From positions 9,377 to 73,376 of the forward strand of contig JAUVXM010000005.1 of NCBI GenBank assembly GCA_030603565.1: a stretch of DNA of 64,000 nucleotides. The letters run 5' to 3'. Both the position numbers and the translations under genes were made by a program. Below the pieces are notes generated by a model. The model did no database searches. It worked only from the letters and a program-made list of their open reading frames with translations, and had not been told where the DNA came from. Origin of the DNA: Candidatus Aminicenantes bacterium (lineage in GTDB: Bacteria; Acidobacteriota; Aminicenantia; Aminicenantales; Aminicenantaceae). How positions within the stretch are numbered: position 1 is the first letter of the stretch; every line of letters starts with the position of its first letter. Below are positions 47,795 through 56,101 of the stretch, piece after piece.

Positions 47795-48460
47795 TTACTG
47801 TTCACTATTTAAAGGATTCTTCCCATATTTAGGTGCTAAGCATTCCATTATAATTCTCAGGTTATCTTGGTAGATAAAATGGGGGTCTGAAGATTTCTCC
47901 AGTAATGCAGTCATGGATGTCCCATAAAAAATAGATATGACAAGCTTAGTTGCTGTATCTGTATTATATAATGAGTTGATGTGCCCCGAATCAAAGGCCT
48001 GTTGAATAAAAATCCGAAGCATCTTCTGTAGAGGGAGGATATTAATTGCCTCAAGATTTTCTTTAGCCGGATAGAGTAATTTCCTCTCTTCCATGGATAA
48101 ATCAAATTTCATTGGCGGATCTTTCAAGTTAAGAGTGGTCAAATGAAGGTTTTTATTGAGATCGGTAATTTCATATAACTCTTGACCGGTGATATTGAAA
48201 AGGTGAATAATAGCTTCCCATCCCCTTTTTGGTGGATTATCCAATTCAATGGTGCGTTGAAAACACCATACAATAAAGTAGTAGTAAAAGATATCTTCTT
48301 TTTTTGGGAAATATTTAAAAAAAGTAACTCTTGATATTTCTACAATTTCGCAAATTTCTTCTACCAGAATATCCTTGAATGGCCTCTTTTTCATCAAAGT
48401 AAGGGTGGCATTAAGAATCCCCAGCTTAGTTCGTGCTTTTTTTTTATCTCGCAACTTCAT
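47795..48460 (-). CDS. TetR/AcrR-family transcriptional regulator
   Basis: 221 aa. N-terminal TetR HTH (ILNATLTLMKKRPFKDILVEEICEIVEISRVTFFKYFPKKEDI). Confidence 0.85.
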   Translation of the reverse strand: MKLRDKKKARTKLGILNATLTLMKKRPFKDILVEEICEIVEISRVTFFKYFPKKEDIFYYYFIVWCFQRTIELDNPPKRGWEAIIHLFNITGQELYEITDLNKNLHLTTLNLKDPPMKFDLSMEERKLLYPAKENLEAINILPLQKMLRIFIQQAFDSGHINSLYNTDTATKLVISIFYGTSMTALLEKSSDPHFIYQDNLRIIMECLAPKYGKNPLNSEQ

Positions 48461-48463
48461 TAG

Positions 48464-48496
48464 TTAACTCCAGTTAATATACTAACTCCAGTTAAC
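48464..48496 (-). promoter_or_regulatory. candidate TetR operator: two tandem copies of a TTAAC-N4-GTTAA palindrome
   Basis: TTAACTCCAGTTAA (48464-48477) and TAACTCCAGTTAAC (48483-48496), period 19 bp, beginning 4 nt upstream of the TetR start codon at 48460. Confidence 0.4.
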
Positions 48497-48581
48497 TTAA
48501 ATGTCAATAAAAATATTTTTTTGATAAAATGTAGTGTAAAATCCTTTTGTTTTGTTGTCCTTTATGACCTATCGTTAATTC

Positions 48582-49439
48582 CTATCGTAAGGAAGCCTGA
48601 AGCTTTAATAGGATCTTGATATTAAGATGGCTGCCTGTCAGAAGAACGAGTCCGTATTCCCCATTATAATCTTTAAATGAGAAGCAGTTTTCACTTGTTT
48701 CCTGAATTTTTAAATAGTGGTCGAGATTTGAGATTAGATGTTTATAAGTTTTGAGGGCTGTTTCTTTATCAGGGTAGGGAATCAGAATCCGGGTATACGT
48801 GTCGTTTTGACCGTTTTGATAATCTGCGACAGCTCCGAAGATTTTGCCGCCCAGATTGAGGATATCTCCCTGGCCGAAAGTGAATATCGTCTGCAGGGCA
48901 AAAGGCCCTCTGATTATTTTTTCCGAGCCTCTGATCAAGCCTTTTTCCGGCATAAGGGCCAGGACTGTCTCTATTTTTATCTCAGAGATGGAATTTAATA
49001 CTGTTTGCATAACTTCTACCATTACCGGTATTAAGGCCTTATTGCCTTTGAAGTTGTTGACCAGGATAAAATAGTTATTTTTTACAACCGCACATTGATG
49101 GATGTCAAAAGAATTACGGGCCGCAATTTCAGGCAGGGGAGTTTCTTTCCCGCATTTCATAAGATAAATACCCAGGGCTGCTTCAGGGTTTTCCATTTTG
49201 TATATGTCGATTCCGATCTCCTGCTCTGCTTTCCTGTAATTTTGGACGAGAAGTTCTTTAAAACCGAATTCCAGGAATAGCTCTGAGCCGCCATTAATAT
49301 AATTAAAGAGATTTTCAGGACTAAACCGGATTATTTTTTCCTCTTTTTCCCACCCCGGGAGGTATACCTGCAGGGCCGGAATCTGCAGGGGAAAGGCCAG
49401 GCATAGAATAAATACAGCTAAGTTTTTGGTTTTTATCAT
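48582..49439 (-). CDS. secreted hypothetical protein
   Basis: 285 aa. Signal peptide MIKTKNLAVFILCLAFPLQIPA. 18 nt downstream of the DUF362 gene. No recognisable motifs. Confidence 0.5.
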   Translation of the reverse strand: MIKTKNLAVFILCLAFPLQIPALQVYLPGWEKEEKIIRFSPENLFNYINGGSELFLEFGFKELLVQNYRKAEQEIGIDIYKMENPEAALGIYLMKCGKETPLPEIAARNSFDIHQCAVVKNNYFILVNNFKGNKALIPVMVEVMQTVLNSISEIKIETVLALMPEKGLIRGSEKIIRGPFALQTIFTFGQGDILNLGGKIFGAVADYQNGQNDTYTRILIPYPDKETALKTYKHLISNLDHYLKIQETSENCFSFKDYNGEYGLVLLTGSHLNIKILLKLQASLR

Positions 49440-49457
49440 TTTTCCCGGCTGGGTATT

Positions 49458-50684
49458 TTATCCTTTAATATATTTGATTTTCTGAGGGTCAGCGATTCCC
49501 AGCCCATATTCTTCCCCGGTGTGGAGGTATTCTGTATATCTGGGATGCAGGTTGGTTTTTGCGTCCATACTTTTTCTTTTTTGGACGATCAGGTTGTGGC
49601 AGGTCATATCCAGGGCAAAAGGGTCTGTGGCAAAAAACAGACGGTTATAGAGGAAACAGAATTTAGCAGCCGGCCCAGGACCCCCGTCATACTGGGCGCG
49701 AAGCCCGTCTGTTATGTTGAGCACCAGTTTGTCCCGAATGACCGGGAAAGCATGAACTTCTGTACAGACATTGAAAAATAACGGTTTATGGAGCCGGTTA
49801 GTGTTGCAGATAGCGCCATAGCCGATATTTTTTGTGGCCATGGATATGCCGGAGCCGGTATTTTTAAAAACCGGAATATTGATGATCTTAGTTAGTTTTT
49901 GTGTGAGGAGTTTTCCGAAATATGAGTATTTACCACTAAAGACATGTTGATTGAGATAGGCCTTGTCTTTGGGCCCTTCTACATCAGCCCAATAAAAACA
50001 GTTTTTATCAAAGTTTTTTTCACTGACATGGTGGCCGGATTTGTCCAGCCAGGCGCTGTCGTCCTGCTTTTTTCCTGCCGCTGCTTCTTCATCCATGGTC
50101 TGCAGTCCTTCTATCCCGATCCCGGGATAACGCTCCGGAGTAAATCCTGCGTCTTTCAGCATGTAATCAAACCTGTCCCAGATGATTAAGTTTTCACGTT
50201 TAAGACCGCCTTTAAGGAGCCAATCGATGACCGAGTCCACTACTTCCAGCCTGGTGCTTATAAGCCCTGGTCCGACCGGATTTACTTTGATCCCGACTAT
50301 ATCGCTCTTTTTGAAAAACAGGGAAAAACTTTCTGCCATGTTCTTTCCGGTTAAACGGGTAATTCCCTTTTTGACCATGGCATCGATTACTTCCGGGGCC
50401 GGCTTGTCTTCAGCCATAGCTTTAGGGTCGTGGACTTCTATGACCCGGCCGGGAAATGGGCCCGGTAAAGAGGTTTTAGTCCTGGCAACCGATAAAACAT
50501 CCTTTATGTTGGTTTTTGTTTGATTTTCTTGAGAAGCGAGCCCATTTTTGGAGCTCCAGACCGGCGGTGTACCCAGGAGCAAACCCACCCCGACCACTGA
50601 ACCGAGTCCACCGCTGAGTTTTAAGAATTCTCTCCGGTTGACTTCATTTTTGATCTCCAGGGAACGATAACCTTTATTTTTCAT
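49458..50684 (-). CDS. Tat-exported DUF362-domain protein
   Basis: 408 aa. Twin-arginine signal NRREFLKLSGGLGSVVGVGLLLG. VGIKVNPVG and NLIIWDRFD resemble the DUF362 core. Confidence 0.65.
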   Translation of the reverse strand: MKNKGYRSLEIKNEVNRREFLKLSGGLGSVVGVGLLLGTPPVWSSKNGLASQENQTKTNIKDVLSVARTKTSLPGPFPGRVIEVHDPKAMAEDKPAPEVIDAMVKKGITRLTGKNMAESFSLFFKKSDIVGIKVNPVGPGLISTRLEVVDSVIDWLLKGGLKRENLIIWDRFDYMLKDAGFTPERYPGIGIEGLQTMDEEAAAGKKQDDSAWLDKSGHHVSEKNFDKNCFYWADVEGPKDKAYLNQHVFSGKYSYFGKLLTQKLTKIINIPVFKNTGSGISMATKNIGYGAICNTNRLHKPLFFNVCTEVHAFPVIRDKLVLNITDGLRAQYDGGPGPAAKFCFLYNRLFFATDPFALDMTCHNLIVQKRKSMDAKTNLHPRYTEYLHTGEEYGLGIADPQKIKYIKG

Positions 50685-50758
50685 TTATTATCTCCTTGCT
50701 GCCTTGTTTCATTGGCAAGATTATACCGACATAAGAACATCCTGTAAATAAAAAATAG

Positions 50759-50781
50759 CCTCGACTCGTGAATAATCCAGG
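50759..50781. repeat. type B terminus fragment (reverse orientation)
   Basis: CCTCGACTCGTGAATAATCCAGG followed by TTAG. Lies between the DUF362 gene start and the lexA promoter. Confidence 0.75.
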
Positions 50782-50797
50782 TTAGCTAAGAAATTAC

Positions 50798-50826
50798 TTG
50801 ACAAGTGAGGCGATCAGGGGTATTTT
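50798..50826 (+). promoter_or_regulatory. candidate sigma-70 promoter of lexA
   Basis: TTGACA (50798-50803), 17-nt spacer, TATTTT (50821-50826). The lexA start candidates at 50834 and 50843 would give a very short or absent leader. Confidence 0.45.
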
Positions 50827-50833
50827 ATAAAAG

Positions 50834-51460
50834 GTGAACAAAATGGTAAACAAACTGAGAACCGAATTGACTGCAAGGCAAAAAAAGGTTTTAGAGGCGC
50901 TCGGGGATTTCATTTTTACCCATGGATATTCCCCAACCATCCGGAAACTTGGAAAAATCCTCCACATTGCCGGCCCTTCGGCTGTTTATAAACATATTCT
51001 CAGCCTGGAGAAAAAAGGATATGTGACCAAGAAGGACGGGGAAGTCAAACTTATGGGCAGGCCTGGTTCCGGAGAAGCCCGGGTCAAAGTGCCTCTGCTC
51101 GGATTTGTGCCGGCCGGCTATCCCAGAGAGGTGTTTGATACCTCAGGCGACGCGGTTGATGTTCCGGAATGGATGGTGGGGCGTAAAAGAGGCAATGTTT
51201 TTTGCGTGCAGGTGGAAGGCAAGAGCATGGTGGATGCTTATATCGATGACGGCGACCGGGTTCTGCTGGAACGGACTTCCTCCGCCAATTCCGGGGAGAT
51301 GGTCGTGGCTTTTTTGGATGATGGCTCCATCACCTTGAAAAGGCTGAAGCTGGAGAATGGAAATATATCCCTTGTTCCGGAAAACCCGGAGTTTGAGCCG
51401 ATCGCGGTCAAGAAGCTGCGGATCCTGGGGCGGGTCATAGGCGTGTTACGGAAATATTAA
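50834..51460 (+). CDS. lexA: LexA repressor
   Basis: 208 aa (GTG 50834; ATG 50843 is an alternative). Winged-helix LTARQKKVLEALGDFIFTHGYSPTIRKLGK. S24 peptidase VEGKSMVDAYIDDGD (Ser) and ITLKRL (Lys). Confidence 0.9.
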   Translation: MNKMVNKLRTELTARQKKVLEALGDFIFTHGYSPTIRKLGKILHIAGPSAVYKHILSLEKKGYVTKKDGEVKLMGRPGSGEARVKVPLLGFVPAGYPREVFDTSGDAVDVPEWMVGRKRGNVFCVQVEGKSMVDAYIDDGDRVLLERTSSANSGEMVVAFLDDGSITLKRLKLENGNISLVPENPEFEPIAVKKLRILGRVIGVLRKY

Positions 51461-51463
51461 CCA

Positions 51464-52681
51464 GTGAAATATATCATCCACATCGACATTGATGCATTTT
51501 TTGCAGCAGTTGAAGAACTGCTCGACCCTTCTCTTAAGGATAAGCCTGTCATTGTAGGCGGGCTTCCTCATGAGAGGGGAGTGGCCTCAACCGCTTCCTA
51601 TGCGGCCCGGAAGTACGGAGTCCATTCAGGTATGTCGCTGCAAAAGGCTTACCAGCTCTGCCCGCAGGGCGTGTTTGTAAGGGGTAACTACCAGCTCTAT
51701 GCGTCCTTTTCCCGCAGTTTTATCCACATTCTCTCGCAGTACACCCCGGATGTGGAGGTGGCGTCTTTGGATGAGGCCTATCTGGATCTGACTCGTTGCC
51801 GGCCGCTGTATGCTTCTTTTTCCCGGGCAGCCCGGGAGATAAAACAGACTGTGGAAAAGGAGCTGGGCCTAGCGGTGTCAGTGGGCGTGGGTCCGAATAA
51901 AGTGTTAGCCAAGCTGGCGACCAACAGGGCTAAGCCGGGGGGCTTGTATGAGATCCGTCCCGGCAGAGAGGACGAATTCCTGAAAGAGCTGAATATCGAG
52001 CTGCTGCCCGGAATCGGCCCCAAGGCGCAGGCCGTATTCCGCTTGCTTAATGTCAGCAAGATCGGTGATTTATGGGGACTGCCCCGGGCGGCTTTGCGGT
52101 CGCTTTTTGGGTTGAACGGTGAAAAGATCTACCTGCAGTCGCGGGGCATTGACAGCCGTCCCCTGGCTGCAGCCTCCCTTCCCAAGTCTTTATCCCGGGA
52201 GACTACCTTTTTGCAAGACCTCTGGGACCGCCGTCTTCTCCTGGCTCATCTGGCTTATCTCTGCGACAGGCTGGCTCTGGCTTTACGCAAACAGCGTCTA
52301 TTCGCCCATATTATCGAAGCTAAGGTCAGGTATTCAGATTTTAAAACCGAAGCCCGGCGGCGGCTCCTTGTCACGCCTCGTCAGGATATGGGAGAGATCT
52401 TTCGCATCGCCCGGGAGCTGTTCCTTGAGCTTTTTTCCGGGTCACGCCTATCTCTCCGCTTGGTGGGAGTGAAAGCCTCTGACCTGGTCAGGGGCCAATC
52501 CCTTTCTTTGTTTGAGCCTTATCCTAAGCAGCAGGAATCATTGGGTTATGCTGTAGATCAGGTGAGGGAGAGATACGGTTTCGGCTCCCTGCTTACGGCC
52601 AGGGAAAAGATGCTGCAGGATGTCTATAGTTTTGAAAAGGACCGGGGTTTTATCCTTAAGACAGCCTCTTTAACCAAATAA
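51464..52681 (+). CDS. dinB: Y-family DNA polymerase IV (DinB) with intact catalytic motifs
   Basis: 405 aa. IHIDIDAFFAAVEE and SLDEAYLDLT acidic motifs, VGVGPNKVLAKLA. GTG start 4 nt after the lexA stop. Confidence 0.85.
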   Translation: MKYIIHIDIDAFFAAVEELLDPSLKDKPVIVGGLPHERGVASTASYAARKYGVHSGMSLQKAYQLCPQGVFVRGNYQLYASFSRSFIHILSQYTPDVEVASLDEAYLDLTRCRPLYASFSRAAREIKQTVEKELGLAVSVGVGPNKVLAKLATNRAKPGGLYEIRPGREDEFLKELNIELLPGIGPKAQAVFRLLNVSKIGDLWGLPRAALRSLFGLNGEKIYLQSRGIDSRPLAAASLPKSLSRETTFLQDLWDRRLLLAHLAYLCDRLALALRKQRLFAHIIEAKVRYSDFKTEARRRLLVTPRQDMGEIFRIARELFLELFSGSRLSLRLVGVKASDLVRGQSLSLFEPYPKQQESLGYAVDQVRERYGFGSLLTAREKMLQDVYSFEKDRGFILKTASLTK

Positions 52682-52779
52682 AGCAGAAACTTCAGGAAAA
52701 GCAGGAAAACAAATAAGCTCAGGGCACAGTCGGCAGTATGATTTTAACAATGAAGCAATGAATCTTCAACAGTGAAGCA

Positions 52780-55582
52780 ATGAAATATATTCCTTTGCGA
52801 GTTCATTCAGTTTACAGTAAAGGTAGAGGCGGGGCTGTTCTTGAAGAGCTGGCTTCCTGGGTCTTAGGGAAAAAGCTGCCGGCTGCTGCTCTCTCCGATA
52901 TTGAAAATCTCTATGCCTGGGGCCGTTGGAATCGGGTGGCCCGGGAAACTGGGTTTACTCCTCTTTTCGGATGTGAAATTGAGGTCAAAAAGCAGCGGTT
53001 TTTGTTTATTGTTAAAAACCGGGAGGGTTACTGGAATCTAATGGAGATCCTCAACCGGAAAAAGATAGACAAGAGTAAAGGTCTCGTAGTTATTTTTATT
53101 CCCCGCCGGGGAGACCTGCAGTTTCCGGAAGATATCAGCACGGCTGCCGGGAAGGATTTTTACCTGGGTGCTGATTTTTATAATTTTTTAACCACGCGCG
53201 CTTGGGCTGAAGAATACGATCTGCGGGTAGTATGGGCAAATCCTCTTAAGTTTGTTAAAAACCCGGAAAGGCTTCTTCTCCTTTACGCTATTGAAAAAAA
53301 GATTCCTTTTCCTCCCCAAAAAGCGAGATTTGGCGGCCGGATGCCGCTTTTTGGGCCTGAACAGGATGCCCTGGCTTTAAAAAAGTTTGGCTCCCAGGTC
53401 AAGGAACTCTTTCAGATGACATACGAGGTGGCTGAGAAATGTGAGTTTTCTTTTATGGATGTTGTCCCGCCCTTGCCGGATGGCCTTTTTGCTGTGACCC
53501 TGCGGGAAACAGTAAGGGAAAAGCTCAGGGAGAGCGATGATCTGAGCTGGAAGGAGAGACAGCGGGTGCAGATGGAACTCGATGTGGTAGAGAGATCGGG
53601 TTTTGCCCCTTATTTTCTAGTCGTGTTTGATGTAGTGCGGTTTGCCCGCAGCCAGGGTATCCTGCATAACCTTAAAGGATCCGGCGCGTCCTCTTATCTG
53701 GCTTATCTTCTGGGCATCTCTCACATCAACCCTGTCGAGTTCGACCTTTATTTTGAGCGGTTTCTCAATAGAGGCAGGGACGACCCTCCGGATTTTGATC
53801 TGGATTTTGATTCCCGGAAAAGGGACCAGGTGCTTGCTTATGTTCTAAAAAAATACGGGCAGGGGAAAACCGGGGCTGCTTTTGTCTGCAGCCTGAAGAA
53901 TTACCGGGCCCGCTCGGCTCTGTATGAGACTGCCCGTGCCTTTGGCCGGCCTCCGGCTGAGGCTAGATCTATGAGCAAGAGGGTCCCTCTTTTTGCTCAG
54001 CCGGATTTTCTGAAAAAAGACAGGCCTCTCCCGGGTTATGCTGAGATATGGAAAGCCGCTGCGGATCTTACTTCCGTATACTGTGAGAACTCTCTGCATG
54101 TGGGGGGGGGTTATTTTGACTCCGGCCCCGGCTGACCGCTATCTTCCTCTGGAAAAGTCTGCCCGGGGTCTGATGATGTCCCATTTTGACCGGGATGCGG
54201 TCGAGGATCTGCGGCTTATCAAGCTTGATCTGCTTTCAGTCAGGGGGTTAGCAGCAGTATCATCTACCATGAAATCCCTGAATCTCCGGAAGATTCCTCT
54301 CCGGGATAAAAAAGCCTATGCCATCCTTAAGAAGGCCCGCACCATCGGCTGTTTTCAGGTGGAGAGCCCGGCGATGATGAGCCTTCTGCGCCGCCTGCAG
54401 CCGGAAAACATTTATGAGCTAACGCAGGCCCTGGCGCTTATCAGACCGGGCCCTACCGGAAGTGGGATGAAACAGGCCCTTCTTTGTAGCCGGGAAGGCA
54501 GGCCGGGGCGCTCTGATCCTTTTCTGGCAAAAATACTTCCTGAGACTGAAGGTATTTTGTTGTATGAGGAACAGGTGATGCGGATTGCTGAAAGAGTAGC
54601 GGGAATGTCGGCGGCTGAGGCTGACCTGCTCCGCCGCTGTTTAAAAAAAAAACAGGCAGATAAACGGCTTAAAAATATTTTTTTTCGCGAAGCAGATAGG
54701 CGGGGGTACAATTTAGGGGAGATAAAGAAGTTATGGGTGGTTATGGATAAATTTTCGTCCTATTCTTTTAATAAGGCTCACAGCGCCTCGTATGCGCGGG
54801 TGGCTTACCAGGCCGTGTATTTGAAGGCCCACTACCCGCTTCATTACCTGACCGGGGTGCTGAATGCAGGCGGCGGTTATTACGACCCGGCAGAATACAT
54901 CGAAGAGATTAAAAGATGTGGAATAAAGATATTAGGGCCGGATATCACCTCCAGCAGCTATTTTTTTGAGGTGGAAAAAAAAGCTGTCCGGGTGGGGTTG
55001 ATCTCGATCAAAGGGCTTGCTGTTAAGACTGCAGAAAAGATAATCGAAGAGAGGAAAAAGGGTCAATATCAGTCTATTGAGGATTTTCTTTTTCGAGTGT
55101 CTCTGACCAAGCCTGAGCTTTTTACTCTTATTAAGGCTGGGGCCTTTGACTCCTTGGAGCCTCAGCGGACAAGACAGATCCTCTCCTATTTCCGGGGGCT
55201 CGAGGGTATTGGCAGCGTGCCTGACCTGGATGCAAAGCAAAAAAGGCGCATGCTGGTCGAATCCCTTGGTTTCGACCCTAAAGGCGATTCCCTGTCGCTT
55301 ATTGAGGGGGAAAGACCTTTGCTGCGGGTAAAGGATCTAAAAGATAGATTCGGGCAGAGAGTTGAGCTTATGGTCCGGGTGGTGGATGCCCGCCTTAAAG
55401 GAACAAACAACTCACCTAAGTACTTTTTTCTTTTTGAGGATGAGACCGGTCTGCTTGAAGGGGTGGGAGAAAAAAAATGCCTGACAGCCGGTTCTCCGCC
55501 GGCCTGCTTTTTACAGGGAGATGTCCGCCCTGACCGGACTGGGATACCGAAAATTTTCAACTGTACATTTAAAGACTTCTGA
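52780..55582 (+). CDS. dnaE2: error-prone DNA polymerase III alpha homologue DnaE2, interrupted by a frameshift in a G9 tract
   Basis: Track ORFs 52780..54135 and 54038..55582 are the two halves. PHP N-terminus (IPLRVHSVYS). After 54102-54110 the frame moves by +1. Removing one G gives NSLHVGGVILTPAPADRYLPLEK, matching the conserved HAGGVVI core, then LIKLDLLSVRGL and FNKAHSASYA. Confidence 0.85.
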
Positions 55583-55620
55583 AAATGGGGACTGGAGAAT
55601 GGGAGAAAGGTAGCATTTGA

Positions 55621-55771
55621 CACGGATTTTCGCAGAGAGAACTATAAAAACAATATTTTACACTGAGGACGCTGAGGACACGGATAAGACTAAGAAGCTT
55701 TTTCTTTTTTGGCTTGGACCCAAAAAACAAAAAGCTCCCTTCAGTTTTGGGCAAAGCCCAAAATGTAAACC
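55621..55771. repeat. partial family-C repeat
   Basis: CACGGATTTTCG...TTTTACACTGAGGACGCTGAGGACACGGATAAGAC...TTTTTTGGCTTGGACCCAAAAAAC...TTTTGGGCAAAGCCCAAAAT, directly after the dnaE2 stop. Confidence 0.8.
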
Positions 55772-55912
55772 TATCTCTGGAGTTACTTTCTAATTTTATC
55801 ACTACCGAGAGAGCTGACCTGGATACTGGTAAATCCCGGAGAAAGCCATCCGGAACAACGCGGGCATGGTTCCTCGAGAGAATCTCGAGGAGAGCGTTGT
55901 GAGGACAGGAAG

Positions 55913-56005
55913 GGATTTCCCCGCCGGGGGAAATCCCTGTCTTTCGTAGGGACTTACCTGTATCCAGGCCTCCACCCCTGCAAGCTTGAAAAAATGAAGG
56001 AACTC
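55913..56005. repeat. family-D repeat module
   Basis: GGATTTCCCCGCCGGGGGAAATCC hairpin, then CTGTCTTTCGTAGGGACTTACCTGTATCCAGGCCTCCACC...TTGAAAAAATGAAGGAACTC. Second copy of 36502-36597. Confidence 0.8.
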
Positions 56006-56101
56006 TAGTCTCGCTATTTACTATTTACTATTTTCCAGGTACTATAAAAATCGACATTTTTTATGAATAGTTCAGGATAGATATTTTTTGTTGGAATAAA
56101 T

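Noticed and set aside
50685-50845. Canonical LexA boxes upstream of lexA (CTGT-N8-ACAG, CGAAC-N4-GTTCG, GTTC-N7-GTTC, GGTT-N2-C-N4-G-N3-ACC).
   Set aside because: Near-matches (GAACATCCTGT at about 50744; GGTTAGCTAAGA at 50780) fail at several required positions.
51464-52681. ImuB, as expected upstream of dnaE2.
   Set aside because: Both catalytic acidic motifs of active Y-family polymerases are intact (DIDAFFAAVEE, SLDEAYLDLT). ImuB proteins characteristically lack them.
54038-55582. Independent 514-aa gene overlapping the end of 52780..54135.
   Set aside because: Its first ~24 codons are out-of-frame read-through. From the G9 tract onward it is the continuation of dnaE2.
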